Shown here piece by piece: positions 1 to 11,140 of a stretch of DNA of 64,000 nt (position 1 is its first letter; every line of letters begins with the position of its first letter). The notes beneath the pieces are model-generated. The model was not told where the DNA came from. It was given only the letters and a program-made list of their open reading frames with translations, and made no database searches. The DNA is taken from IMG/VR virus record IMGVR_UViG_3300027708_000012, positions 124,001 to 188,000 of that record; one strand, 5' to 3'. The position numbers and the translations under genes were made by a program.

Positions 1-1
1 T

Positions 2-3000
2 AAATCTACAGATCAACTTGTAACTTATCTAGATGTAATAGATCCTATACAAGGTAAAATTGCAGGACCAGCCGATGAAGAATTGAAATATAAAACTTTT
101 TATGATCCTGCAGTTTATTCGCACAGTGACGGCACAGTATCGGTTACAGTTAGTACACAAACATACTGGTCAAAAAATCAATTAGGTCAACTATGGTGGG
201 ATTTAAGATCTGCAAAATTCATTGATCCTTATTTTAATAATATTCTTTACAAGTCTAATACTTGGAATAATCTTGCACCCGGCGCAACTATTGATATTTA
301 CGAATGGATTACTTCTTCGGTGTTGCCCGAGTCATGGGATGCTCAAGCCGATACTCCTGCAGGAATTGCGTTAGGTATTAGCGGTACAAGTTTATATGGT
401 AATAAAGTTTATAGTGTACGTCAACGATACAATAATATAACTAAAAAATTTACTAATGTTTATTATTTCTGGGTTAAGAATAGACGATTGACGCCGGCTA
501 TTACAGGCCGCCGTATTTCGGCGCTATCAGTTTCAAATTTGATATCGTCTCCAATTTCTGAAGGATACACATATCTTTCATTGATTGGTGGAGATTCGTT
601 TGCATTATCAAATTCTTACAAATACCTAGAAGGAAATAATACAGTATTGTCAGTAGAATACTGGACAACTGATAGCATACACAGAAATATCCATAGTCAG
701 TGGAAATTAATTAGCTCCGATAGTATTGTAGATTTACCTCATACTATTGAGCAAAAATGGATTGACAGTCTTTGCGGATCTGATATTGCCGGAAGAGTTG
801 TTCCTGATACAGAATTACCTCCTAAACTAAGATACGGTATTGAAAATCGTCCACGTCAAAGTATGTTTGTAAATCGTATTGAAACTTTAAAAGAATTTGT
901 TGAACTAACTAATATTTCTTTATTAAAGCATCAAATAACTAAGACACGGGATATTAGCAAACTAGAAGAGTATGATATTCATCCTACAGTAATACACGGA
1001 TTGTATGATAGCACTCTGGACACCGAAGCAGAACTATCATATACAAATGCAAATTTATTCCAGAGACCAAGTTTATCTCCAATTATAGTAGACGGTAAAA
1101 TTACTGGAATTATGATTATAAATTCAGGCAAGGGGTATTTAAATCCGCCATACATTCAGATATCTGGATCAGGCGAAGGCGCCATTGTAAGATCGGTAAT
1201 TGATTCTTCTGGTAGAATTATATCAGCAACTGTAGAGTCTTCAGGCTATGGATACGATGATAATACAACTTGCTCTGTAAGGGATTACTGTGTATTAGTT
1301 CTTAGCGATATTTCAGCAAATGGTGTGTGGAGTATATATTCTTACGATCCTACATATATTGATAATACAACAAGATCAGTAGTTGGCATATGGTCCCGAA
1401 CACAGACACAAAGTTACGATGTTAAAAATTATTGGACTTATGCCGACTGGTACGGATCATACACAGATACTTCTGGGAAAGTATTATTCACCGCTAGTCA
1501 GTATACCGCAGCGGATTTTAGTGTTGCAACCTATGCAGATTTAAATTCTATAGCAACAAAAATTGGTCAACTTGTTAAAGTATTAACTGTTAATACTGGT
1601 GGTTGGGAATTATTATACAAGTATGCTGATTCTTCTAGTATTGATTGGACACAAAGCTATAGTTTAGTTGGTATACAAAATGGTACATTGCAATTAAATT
1701 CTAACTTGTACGAAACTAGTTCAACTACTGTAGGCTATGATTCTGGTATATATGATAATACTGGATTTGATATTAAAGCAGCAACTGAATTAAGAAGAAT
1801 TTTAAATACTTTAAAAAATAATATTTTTATTAACGAGTTAAAGAGTTCTTATTTAGAATTATTTTTCAGCAGCATACATTATGCGCATAGTGAACAACTG
1901 TATCTTGATTGGATCTTTAAAACAAGTTTTGTTCGTGCCACACACAATGTAGGAGATCTAGGACAACCTGTTTATTATCCTGTGGATAATTTAAGTAATT
2001 TCCAAGATTATATTTCTGAAGTTAAACCTTATAAAACAAAAGTTCGAGAATATATTAGCAATTACACATCAACTGATATTTCTGAATCTGCTGTTACAGA
2101 TTTTGACTTGCCTCCAGTATTTTCTAATAATGCATTAGTTCCAGTAGAAACTCAGGTGGCAAATGAAGTATTAAAATTTAATTCTTCAGTTATAAACACA
2201 TATCCTTGGAAATTCTGGGCTGATACAGTTGGTTACTCTGTAACAGAACTAAAAATAGTTGACGGCGGTTCCGGTTATGTTACTTTACCAGAAGTAGTAA
2301 TATCTAGTAATAGTGGCGCAGGAGCAACAGCCAAAGCATTTTTTACTAACGGGGTAATTAATAGAATATTATTATTAACACAAGGTAGTGGCTATTTAAC
2401 TGCTCCTGTTGTTAGTTTAGTGGGCGGCCAATCAACCGGCGGTGTAGCAGCTAGGATTGTAGCTATCATCGGTAACGGATTAGCTAGAACTAATTCAGTA
2501 AACATAAAATTTGATAGACTAACATATACAAATTACGTTAATACATTGGATGTTACCGAAACATTTACTGGAACAGGTAGCAAACTACAATATTCTTTAA
2601 AATGGGCACCCAATGTACATGTTGGAAAGTCTTCAGTTTATATAGACAATAATATTGTTCTGCGAGAATTATATACTTTAAATATTGTTTCAAAAGTAGT
2701 AGGCGGATATACCCAATACTCTGGTACAATAACTTTTGAAACAGCGCCTACAACACTAGCATCTATTGTTGTAAATTACAAAAAAGATATATCGTTATTA
2801 AATGCTATAGATAGGATTGAATTTTTCTATGATCCAGCAGCTGGCGAAATAGGCAAAGAGTTTAATCAACTAATGCTAGGCATCGATTACGGCGGAACAA
2901 TTGTCGGTAATCTTGGATTCAACACTAGCAAGGGTTGGAATGATGTACCGTATGCTGTAAATGCATGGGATGTATTTGATCCAACATTTAATGATTATAT

Positions 3001-6000
3001 TATTACTGTTGGTGCAAATACACATAGTTTCAAACTACCTTATACTCCAAAGATAGGAACTGAAATTAATGTTTATTATTCTCAAAATTCAACAACAACA
3101 ACTCCGTCAGACGGTGTGTCGTTAAATTATAATTTTAATTTACTAATTAACCAACCAGTAGTATCAGTTGTTACTAATGTTTATTCAATAAGTTCAGTAG
3201 GTATAACTGCTTCTACAGCATTGGCAACTGTAAATGGAATTACTTCGCAATATGCAATATCTACTAATTTACAATCGGTTCTTACTTCAGTGTTTGGCGC
3301 CGTGGGACAAGGTGTAGTTGAGTTTGATCATGTATCAAATATAGTAGTAGGACAATTTGTGTCTGGCGCTGGTGTAGCAACTAATACCAAAGTAACATAT
3401 ATTTCAAATAAATTTGTTACATTGTCTACAAATCTTTCAGAAAATGCATCGGGCAACTACAACTTTTTTACTTTAGGAACATCTTTAACCTTAACCAGCA
3501 CTACAAATATTGATGCAGGGTTAAGTGTTATTGGTTTAGGATTTACAACGCAAACTGTAAGTAAAAAACTTAATTCTACTACAATTATATTATCAAGTCC
3601 TCCTGATTTAATTCCAAAAGTTGGAGAAGTAATAGAATTTACTAATAATAGTGCAGGATCTAAAATTATAAAAGTATCTTCTGTTGCAAATTTAAAGATA
3701 GGAGATGGCTGTGATATATCTACACATCAACTTGGTGTATTTGGATACAACACAAAAATAGTTAGCATAGATGTTATAAACTCTTCAGTAACATTAAATC
3801 AAATATTATTTGTTAATCTAGCAAATAATACAAGTTTAACATTTACTAGAATATTATCTCAACCTGTTGACGCTATTACATATGCAAACGGAACAGCAAC
3901 ATTAACAGAGGTTGTTCCAGTAGGCAGTGATATTTGCATATATGGAAAAATAGACCCAATTAGAATAGATGATCCTGCCTTTGGAACAAGTCAGCAAGCT
4001 AATCCGGATGCTAAAATACCTTCAATAATTATTGGAACAACACAACAACCATTATTAACGAGATATCCATTAGTAACTGGTTCTTTTGCATATGTCATAA
4101 CACTTCCTTTAGATTTTACAGTAAACAAAGGAGATGAATTTATTTTCCGCCAAAGTACAAGTGACGGATCAATTATTCCTTCAGATTACGATAGTGATAT
4201 TGTTGGCGGCGACATGGCTTATTCATCGGCGCAGGGATTACTGGCAGATGATATAGTTGTAGATGGTGACGGATTTACTACGCCAACATCAAGTCCAGCA
4301 CCAGAAGAAGTTGTTCCGGGACAAGTTGTTGATACCTTATCAATTAAAGTTTTTGACAAACCAACTGCTGGCAATGCTAATATACAAGTTAGTAATTATG
4401 TTGCAACTGGTTCTCAGGCAATTTTTGAATTACCTAAGATTTTTAGTAATTCTCAATCTATTATAGTTAAACTTGACGGAGTAATACAAACAGTTACTAC
4501 TGATTATATTATCAATTATGCAACACGATCTGTTACGTTTAATGCAACTCCGTCTGCAAAAGCAATTGTAAGTATCTTTACTATTGGTTTATCTGGGACT
4601 AACATTTTAGATATAGAATATTTTGTTGGTGATGGCACTACAACTGAATTTGTTACTAGAGCACCGTGGTTATCTGATGTTTATTCTTTGATATACGTTA
4701 ACGGTTTACTAGCTGATTATGTGTTATTTAAAACTGATAGCACTTATGATCTAGCAAATGCTACTGGAATCAGATTTGCTGTTGCTCCAGCTACCGGTGC
4801 AACAATTAATTATATTATTGTTTCAGGTAATCAACAAACATTTTCTGTGACAACTACAGAAAGAATTGCAACTAATGGAAGTAACACATATACATTGAAT
4901 ACTATCATAGGAAATTCATTTCCAAATGAATCGAATGTTATTGTTCGCGTTGATCAAAATATTTTGAGAGCTCCTAATGTTAGTTATTTTACTATTAAAT
5001 CTAATAAATTAACTTATTCTATTAATACTGATAAAATTCTTCCACAAAGTGTAAGTTTGCAAGATATAATTGTTTATGTTGATAACTTTACTTTGATATA
5101 TGGTAAAGACTATACAGTTGATCTTACTGGTATATCGATTAAAATTACTAAAGAAACATATAAAGCATATACAGGAAAACAATTAGTTATCAGTATACAA
5201 TATAATCAAGGATACATGTATAACCCTGCTACTAATCAAATAGTCTTTGCAAATTCTTATGATAGTTCACATGTAGTTGAAGTGATTTCATCATTCCGTC
5301 ACGATAGTTTAGATATACAAAGAACTGAAATAACAGCAAGAACAATTGAAAATATTACACCTGAGTCTTTGGTATATTACGAATACTTGTCCACACTTGG
5401 CGGTACAATAATATTAGATAGACCAGTAATAAATGAAAATTATATCTGGGTAATCAAGTCACGTGACGATACTAGAACCTTGTTAACACCAGGTGTTGAC
5501 TACATTCTACACGATAATCTTACAGAAATTCAATTGACTTCAACATTTGGTGTAAATGATTCAGTCGAATTAATAACTTTTGGTAGTAACATACTTAAAT
5601 CTGGTATTGCATATATGCAATTTAAAGATATGTTAAATCGAACAGTGTATAAACGATTAAGTTTGAAGAAACAAACTACATTGGCAAGTGACTTATTGTG
5701 GAATTCTACACAAATTGTATTAACTGATGCAAGCGAATTCCAATCACCTAACCAGTCAAGTAATGTACCAGGCGTTATTGAAATTCGAGGAGAGCGTATC
5801 GAGTATTTTAGTAAGGTTGGAAATATACTCAGTAACATACGCAGGGGAACATTGGGTACTGGAATTACTAGAATAAACAAAGCTGGTACATTTGTACAAG
5901 ACATTGGCAACGCAGAAACTATTCCTTATAAGGATTCGGTAAGTACAACAACGTTTGCAGCTAACGGTACTAATATTGTACCGCTGGGATTCACTCCATC

Positions 6001-6313
6001 AAGTGTAAATGAAATTGAAGTATTTGTCGGCGGCATTCGATTGAAGAAAGCACCTTATGAATTGTTTAATGTAAATTTAGGACCATATAGTAACAAGGAT
6101 ACTATTGTAAAGTTTGATGCAGAATTTACAGTTGACGGTCAGAGCAATCTGGTAACATTAACAAACGGCACACCTGAAACTGGAACTAGGGTCACAGTCA
6201 TTAAAACTACAGGAATTTCTTGGGACGGAAAAACCAGTGTAATGTCAGATACTAGCAAGATTGCTGAATTTATTAAATCAGAGCCAGGTATTTGGTATTC
6301 AGAATACAAATAA
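2..6313 (+). CDS. Very large virion structural protein (baseplate wedge/tail-associated), 5'-truncated by the window edge
   Basis: The frame is open from nt 2 (KSTDQLVTYLDVIDPIQGK...), so the listed start at 83 is internal. More than 2076 aa, rich in Thr/Ser/Val beta-type sequence, with repeated 'GSGY...P.V.I' and 'F.GDG.T..F' modules. Lies upstream of tail-fibre genes. Confidence 0.7.
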   Translation, partial: KSTDQLVTYLDVIDPIQGKIAGPADEELKYKTFYDPAVYSHSDGTVSVTVSTQTYWSKNQLGQLWWDLRSAKFIDPYFNNILYKSNTWNNLAPGATIDIYEWITSSVLPESWDAQADTPAGIALGISGTSLYGNKVYSVRQRYNNITKKFTNVYYFWVKNRRLTPAITGRRISALSVSNLISSPISEGYTYLSLIGGDSFALSNSYKYLEGNNTVLSVEYWTTDSIHRNIHSQWKLISSDSIVDLPHTIEQKWIDSLCGSDIAGRVVPDTELPPKLRYGIENRPRQSMFVNRIETLKEFVELTNISLLKHQITKTRDISKLEEYDIHPTVIHGLYDSTLDTEAELSYTNANLFQRPSLSPIIVDGKITGIMIINSGKGYLNPPYIQISGSGEGAIVRSVIDSSGRIISATVESSGYGYDDNTTCSVRDYCVLVLSDISANGVWSIYSYDPTYIDNTTRSVVGIWSRTQTQSYDVKNYWTYADWYGSYTDTSGKVLFTASQYTAADFSVATYADLNSIATKIGQLVKVLTVNTGGWELLYKYADSSSIDWTQSYSLVGIQNGTLQLNSNLYETSSTTVGYDSGIYDNTGFDIKAATELRRILNTLKNNIFINELKSSYLELFFSSIHYAHSEQLYLDWIFKTSFVRATHNVGDLGQPVYYPVDNLSNFQDYISEVKPYKTKVREYISNYTSTDISESAVTDFDLPPVFSNNALVPVETQVANEVLKFNSSVINTYPWKFWADTVGYSVTELKIVDGGSGYVTLPEVVISSNSGAGATAKAFFTNGVINRILLLTQGSGYLTAPVVSLVGGQSTGGVAARIVAIIGNGLARTNSVNIKFDRLTYTNYVNTLDVTETFTGTGSKLQYSLKWAPNVHVGKSSVYIDNNIVLRELYTLNIVSKVVGGYTQYSGTITFETAPTTLASIVVNYKKDISLLNAIDRIEFFYDPAAGEIGKEFNQLMLGIDYGGTIVGNLGFNTSKGWNDVPYAVNAWDVFDPTFNDYIITVGANTHSFKLPYTPKIGTEINVYYSQNSTTTTPSDGVSLNYNFNLLINQPVVSVVTNVYSISSVGITASTALATVNGITSQYAISTNLQSVLTSVFGAVGQGVVEFDHVSNIVVGQFVSGAGVATNTKVTYISNKFVTLSTNLSENASGNYNFFTLGTSLTLTSTTNIDAGLSVIGLGFTTQTVSKKLNSTTIILSSPPDLIPKVGEVIEFTNNSAGSKIIKVSSVANLKIGDGCDISTHQLGVFGYNTKIVSIDVINSSVTLNQILFVNLANNTSLTFTRILSQPVDAITYANGTATLTEVVPVGSDICIYGKIDPIRIDDPAFGTSQQANPDAKIPSIIIGTTQQPLLTRYPLVTGSFAYVITLPLDFTVNKGDEFIFRQSTSDGSIIPSDYDSDIVGGDMAYSSAQGLLADDIVVDGDGFTTPTSSPAPEEVVPGQVVDTLSIKVFDKPTAGNANIQVSNYVATGSQAIFELPKIFSNSQSIIVKLDGVIQTVTTDYIINYATRSVTFNATPSAKAIVSIFTIGLSGTNILDIEYFVGDGTTTEFVTRAPWLSDVYSLIYVNGLLADYVLFKTDSTYDLANATGIRFAVAPATGATINYIIVSGNQQTFSVTTTERIATNGSNTYTLNTIIGNSFPNESNVIVRVDQNILRAPNVSYFTIKSNKLTYSINTDKILPQSVSLQDIIVYVDNFTLIYGKDYTVDLTGISIKITKETYKAYTGKQLVISIQYNQGYMYNPATNQIVFANSYDSSHVVEVISSFRHDSLDIQRTEITARTIENITPESLVYYEYLSTLGGTIILDRPVINENYIWVIKSRDDTRTLLTPGVDYILHDNLTEIQLTSTFGVNDSVELITFGSNILKSGIAYMQFKDMLNRTVYKRLSLKKQTTLASDLLWNSTQIVLTDASEFQSPNQSSNVPGVIEIRGERIEYFSKVGNILSNIRRGTLGTGITRINKAGTFVQDIGNAETIPYKDSVSTTTFAANGTNIVPLGFTPSSVNEIEVFVGGIRLKKAPYELFNVNLGPYSNKDTIVKFDAEFTVDGQSNLVTLTNGTPETGTRVTVIKTTGISWDGKTSVMSDTSKIAEFIKSEPGIWYSEYK

Positions 6314-6343
6314 ATTATAAAATACCTAGTTAATAATAGCAGA

Positions 6344-6349
6344 TAAATA
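6344..6349 (+). promoter_or_regulatory. Late-type promoter element (GA)TAAATA
   Basis: Resembles the T4 late consensus TATAAATA. Lies 20 nt before the ATG at 6370; the motif recurs before several genes. Confidence 0.5.
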
Positions 6350-6369
6350 CTAAACAAAGAGAGATCAAC

Positions 6370-6981
6370 ATGCAGACTAAAGACGCAACTGGAATTCATA
6401 TAGAAGGGCATATTAAGATATTTGACCCCGTTTCGAAAGAAATTTATATTGATAAACGTAATGCCATTCATTATGAAAACATGAGTATTGCCTTGGCACA
6501 GTCGTTGTCTAACAGTAATACTGGCGGATTTATATATGAAATGAATTTTGGAAACGGCGGCACAGCGGTGGATCCTACAGGGATTATCACATATCTCACA
6601 CCAAATTCAAGCGGATCTAATGCTAGTTTGTATAATAAAACTTATAGTAAGGTAGTAGATCCTAGTAGCAGCACTAATACCGACCCTACAAGGAATTTTA
6701 CAGAAGTAAGACATGCAACAGGTACAAACTATACCGATATTTTTGTAACTTGCTTACTAGACTACGGCGAACCTAGCGGCCAAACAGCATTTGACACTAC
6801 TTCAGATATTAATAGTACATTCACTTTTGATGAATTGGGATTAAGAAGTTATAGTACTGTAGGCGAAAGTTTATTATTAACTCATGTTGTATTTCATCCT
6901 GTATTAAAAAGTCTTAACAGACTAATACAGATTGATTATACTGTACGTATTCAGAGTTTAACTGGCCTTGTGTCAGTTTAA
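6370..6981 (+). CDS. Virion structural protein (baseplate/tail associated)
   Basis: 203 aa ORF within the structural operon, preceded by a late-type motif. Confidence 0.55.
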   Translation: MQTKDATGIHIEGHIKIFDPVSKEIYIDKRNAIHYENMSIALAQSLSNSNTGGFIYEMNFGNGGTAVDPTGIITYLTPNSSGSNASLYNKTYSKVVDPSSSTNTDPTRNFTEVRHATGTNYTDIFVTCLLDYGEPSGQTAFDTTSDINSTFTFDELGLRSYSTVGESLLLTHVVFHPVLKSLNRLIQIDYTVRIQSLTGLVSV

Positions 6982-6992
6982 GGAGTTAGCAA

Positions 6993-9200
6993 ATGACTTA
7001 TCAAGTTCAATTTACTGATTCTACTAATCCTAATAAACCTCCGATTATAGTTGCTGACGGAACAATAAACACTGATTCTACTAGTATTGGATTCGTAGGC
7101 CAGTCATATCCGGGGTATGCTCCAATTGTTGCTGACAATTTATTGCACATGCTAGAAAATTTTGCAGCACCGTTTGCTCCCTCAAACCCTGTTCAAGGAC
7201 AGCTTTGGTACGATACTAATTCGAGCACTTTGAAAATTTTTGATAGTACTAACTGGGTAACAGCAGGAAATTTAAAAAAAGGTACAGCAGCACCTGCTGT
7301 ATCTAGTAGTTTACAAGGCGACTTGTGGTCGAATACTTCAACAAATCAGTTGTATTTGTTTACAGGAAGTAATTGGACACTAGTTGGCCCACAATTTAGT
7401 ATAGGCACACAAACAGGTCCTAGCGTAGATGCCATTATTGATAGTAATAACGTTAGTCATTATGTTATTTCTATGTATGCAAATAACAATATTATTTCTA
7501 TAATCAGTAAAGAAAAGTTTATTCCAAAAGCAGCCATTCCTGGATTTAGTATTATAAATGAAGGTATTAATCTTAGTTCAATAGACAGTACTAGTACTAC
7601 TAATCCAACTAGATTTTGGGGAATTGCTCAGCAAGCAGATGCACTATATTACAATGGCATTACTGTTCCTGCTACAAATTTTTTAAGAAGTGATATAGTA
7701 AGTACTACAGCTAATCAGTTAAACATTCAGTCAGACTCTGGTTTAGGTGTCGGATCTAATTTAGGTTTTATTATAGACATTGAAAATGGTAGTCCTACAT
7801 TAAAATCTACTCTAGCTGGTACAAATCTTAATATTAAATTAACAACTTCCGGCGGAGTAACTAATACTGTAATACATGCCGATTCTTCAGGAAAAGTAGG
7901 TATAAACACACTTGCACCATCTTCTGCACTAGATGTTTCAGGACTAATTACGGCCAGTACAGGATTAAAAATTACAGGAACTACTGACAGTAGTTACTCT
8001 CCGGGTACATTATTTACAACAGCAACAGGTAGTATAGTTACGCAGGGCGGTTTGAGTGTTGCTAAAAAATCAAATTTTGGCGGAGATGTTACTAGCTTTG
8101 GACAATACATCCTAAATCGCCTAGATGCTAATGCAAGCCCAATTGCTGCATCAGTTATTGTGCCAGGATATTCATCTAATACAGCTGAAGCAACTCTTTT
8201 AAATATTCCTAATATTGTAAATCCACTATACGATATAGGAACAGAAACACGACGTTTTAGAAATATATTTGCTACTAACTTTTCTGGAAATTTTACAGGA
8301 ACGTTTACTGGTACATTAGAAGGAAGTGCTAACGGAACAGCCGCCGCATTATCTAGTCCTACCGTTTTTAGTTTAATTGGAGATGTAACTAGTAATAGTG
8401 TTAGTTTTAACGGACAGTCTGAAACAGGCACAGCAATATTCAGTACATCAATTAATCAGAATTTTATCTCAGGTAAAACTGCAGCAACTGATTCATTAAT
8501 AAACGACGAATTTTTAGTATATCGATCTGGAACAGGTTTACTAAAAATGTCAAAAGCTGTGCTTACTAATCATATAGCAACTATTCCAGTTGGTACAATT
8601 TTGCCTTTTGCGGGAACATCTATACCTACAGGATATTTACTATGCGACGGCTCAGAAGTATTAATAGCAACATACTCGGATTTATATTCAGTTATTGGGT
8701 ATGCTTATAAAGCACCGGGATTATTAGACGGTCTTGGCACGTTTGGACTTCCAGATCTACGTGGGCGTTTCCCGCTAGGAGCTGATAATATGAATAATAA
8801 TATTACAGTTCCGAGTAAGGACGGTTCAGGAAATCAAGTAAGCACTTCTTTAGACCTAAACGGTAACCCTAGCTTGGTTGCACATCGTGTTAACGAGATA
8901 ACGGCTACAATAATCGGACAAGGTAATACTTACGCAACAGAATCAAAAACATTAGAAAATAGTAATTTACCAGATCATACACATAGTTTAAATGACGGTA
9001 CTAGTCAATTCTATGCTGTTAATACTCCTACAGAAGCAAGCGATAGAAATGCCATTCCAAACAAGGGTACATCTGGTGAAAGTGGAACAGGATCTGGTAT
9101 TTTAAACACAGGTAGTGTGAATGGAACTACAGGCCTACCTGTAAATATAATGAATCCTTATCAGACTATTAACTATATAATTTTTACTGGTATAATCTAA
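6993..9200 (+). CDS. Tail fibre/baseplate protein with C-terminal tail-collar domain
   Basis: Collar motif IPVGTILPFAG...GYLLCDG...LPDLRGRFPLG. N-terminal LENFA...P..GQLWYD module shared with the next two genes. AAGGAG SD. Confidence 0.8.
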   Translation: MTYQVQFTDSTNPNKPPIIVADGTINTDSTSIGFVGQSYPGYAPIVADNLLHMLENFAAPFAPSNPVQGQLWYDTNSSTLKIFDSTNWVTAGNLKKGTAAPAVSSSLQGDLWSNTSTNQLYLFTGSNWTLVGPQFSIGTQTGPSVDAIIDSNNVSHYVISMYANNNIISIISKEKFIPKAAIPGFSIINEGINLSSIDSTSTTNPTRFWGIAQQADALYYNGITVPATNFLRSDIVSTTANQLNIQSDSGLGVGSNLGFIIDIENGSPTLKSTLAGTNLNIKLTTSGGVTNTVIHADSSGKVGINTLAPSSALDVSGLITASTGLKITGTTDSSYSPGTLFTTATGSIVTQGGLSVAKKSNFGGDVTSFGQYILNRLDANASPIAASVIVPGYSSNTAEATLLNIPNIVNPLYDIGTETRRFRNIFATNFSGNFTGTFTGTLEGSANGTAAALSSPTVFSLIGDVTSNSVSFNGQSETGTAIFSTSINQNFISGKTAATDSLINDEFLVYRSGTGLLKMSKAVLTNHIATIPVGTILPFAGTSIPTGYLLCDGSEVLIATYSDLYSVIGYAYKAPGLLDGLGTFGLPDLRGRFPLGADNMNNNITVPSKDGSGNQVSTSLDLNGNPSLVAHRVNEITATIIGQGNTYATESKTLENSNLPDHTHSLNDGTSQFYAVNTPTEASDRNAIPNKGTSGESGTGSGILNTGSVNGTTGLPVNIMNPYQTINYIIFTGII

Positions 9201-9201
9201 A

Positions 9202-11106
9202 ATGAGCTATAATATAACCCTTACCGACGGAACAAGTTTAACTGTTATTTCAGACGGCCAGATTGATCAAATCCATACCGATCTTACATTAATAGGAAAA
9301 AACACTACAAGTTACGGTGTGTTTTTTAACGATAATTTTGTAAGATTATTAGAAAATTTTGCAAACACCAGTCAGCCAAATCATCCGTTAATAGGACAAC
9401 TATGGTTTGACACTGCAGAAAGTAGACTTAAAGTCTATAACGGAACTTCGTTTACTACTACCAATGGTACAATAGTTTCTCCTACTAGTCCAGTTAGTAT
9501 CTCTAAAGGAGATATTTGGATTGATAGTACAAATGGACAATTATGGTTTAATGATGGCCTTTCTAATAAACTTGCTGGCCCGTCTTACTCAACCATGCAA
9601 GGCGAAAGCGGCTTGTTTACAAAAACAAGATTAGATGTTAATGGCGCAGAACATATTATTGTAGAATTAAAAGTTGGAAGTACAACTCTTGGTATTTTTA
9701 GCAAGGATACTTTTATTCCTGCTGATTCAATTCCGGGATTTAGTACAACAGCAAAATTTTTAGGATACCAAGTTGGCACAGTTTTAACAGTTACTTCAAT
9801 AACCAGCGGACAATTAGGAGTAGGGCAAACTATATTTGGTAATATTATATTTGCTAATACACAAATAACAGAACAGTTAACAGGCGATACTGGCAATGTT
9901 GGTACATATGCTGTTAGTAATAGTAACATAGTAGGTAGTGTACAATCTCCAGTAGCATTAAGTTCAACAAATGATATAATTAAAGTTGGATTTAACACAA
10001 GCGCCTACCCTGGTATTGTTTTTAACACAGTCGTTAGTAAGGCACAACAATTATTAGCTGCTGACGGTAGCTTGAAGACAGCTGAAAGTTTTCTTTCTTC
10101 TCAAGAAAATTCTTCTACAACAGGTACACTAGTAATACAGAACGATAATCCGCTGGTATTAGGAGGTTATTCAGATTTTGAATTAGATATTAATAGATCG
10201 ACAAATACTATTATAATGCAGTCGACTGTTATAAATCAAAATTTTCAAATTAATCTTAAAAGCGGAGGAGCAACAGCAACTCCGATTTATGTAAACGCAC
10301 AGGATAAAAAAGTAGGAATTTTTACCACAACACCAACTGCTATGTTGGATGTTGCTGGTAGTGTTAAAATTCAAGGAGATCTTACTGTACAAGGTAATGT
10401 TACTACAGTGAGTAGTACTTCAGTAAGCGTAGCAGATAAAAATATTGTCTTAGGTAATACAGCTACACCAACGGATACTACAGCTAGTGGCGGTGGAATA
10501 ACTCTAGCAGGATTGACATCAAAAATTATTGCATGGGATTCTGTAACTAACAACGGATCAACTAACACAGGATATTGGAATTTTACAGATAACATCAACG
10601 TTGGAAGTAGTTCGTTAGGATACTATATTAATGGCCAAAATGTATTGAGTTTAACAAGTTTAGGTAGCACTATAACTAGCGCACCAGGGCTTACTAGTGT
10701 AGGAATATTAACTAGTGTTCAAGCAGGAAATTTGTCCATTGTTGGTTCTACGATTTCTTATACTAGTATACAAACTTCAGGAGATGTTAAACTTCAACCA
10801 AAAGGTACAGGATCAGTAGATGTTAGTAGTACAAAAATTATTAATCTTGCAACTCCTACAAACGGAACAGATGCAACTAATAAATCATATGTAGATTCTT
10901 CTATAAAATTAGCACCTCTAGGTATAAGTTTAAATACTACCGGACAAACTGATACTACAATTGGTACATTACTATTAGCTACTATTTTCCCTGTAGCAGA
11001 GCATCCAAATGGTACAAAATGCAGAGTACAGTGCTCAGATTTAACAATAAAATTGTATGAAGTAGCGGGCGGTGTGTGGAGTTGGCAACAAAATATTCCT
11101 TTCTAA
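9202..11106 (+). CDS. Tail fibre-like protein (paralogous N-terminus)
   Basis: Contains LIGKN..YG...DNFVRLLENFA...GQLWFD and fibre-type motifs (VGIFTTTPTAMLDVAG, DATNKSYVD). Confidence 0.7.
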   Translation: MSYNITLTDGTSLTVISDGQIDQIHTDLTLIGKNTTSYGVFFNDNFVRLLENFANTSQPNHPLIGQLWFDTAESRLKVYNGTSFTTTNGTIVSPTSPVSISKGDIWIDSTNGQLWFNDGLSNKLAGPSYSTMQGESGLFTKTRLDVNGAEHIIVELKVGSTTLGIFSKDTFIPADSIPGFSTTAKFLGYQVGTVLTVTSITSGQLGVGQTIFGNIIFANTQITEQLTGDTGNVGTYAVSNSNIVGSVQSPVALSSTNDIIKVGFNTSAYPGIVFNTVVSKAQQLLAADGSLKTAESFLSSQENSSTTGTLVIQNDNPLVLGGYSDFELDINRSTNTIIMQSTVINQNFQINLKSGGATATPIYVNAQDKKVGIFTTTPTAMLDVAGSVKIQGDLTVQGNVTTVSSTSVSVADKNIVLGNTATPTDTTASGGGITLAGLTSKIIAWDSVTNNGSTNTGYWNFTDNINVGSSSLGYYINGQNVLSLTSLGSTITSAPGLTSVGILTSVQAGNLSIVGSTISYTSIQTSGDVKLQPKGTGSVDVSSTKIINLATPTNGTDATNKSYVDSSIKLAPLGISLNTTGQTDTTIGTLLLATIFPVAEHPNGTKCRVQCSDLTIKLYEVAGGVWSWQQNIPF

Positions 11107-11113
11107 ACCGACA

Positions 11114-11119
11114 TAAATA
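11114..11119 (+). promoter_or_regulatory. Late-type promoter element (CA)TAAATA
   Basis: Intergenic, 21 nt upstream of the ATG at 11141. Confidence 0.5.
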
Positions 11120-11140
11120 TACAAACAAGGAAAAGGCGCA

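Noticed and set aside
83-85. Listed start of the 2076-aa ORF
   Set aside because: It is a TTG inside a frame that is open from nt 2, so the true start lies outside the window.
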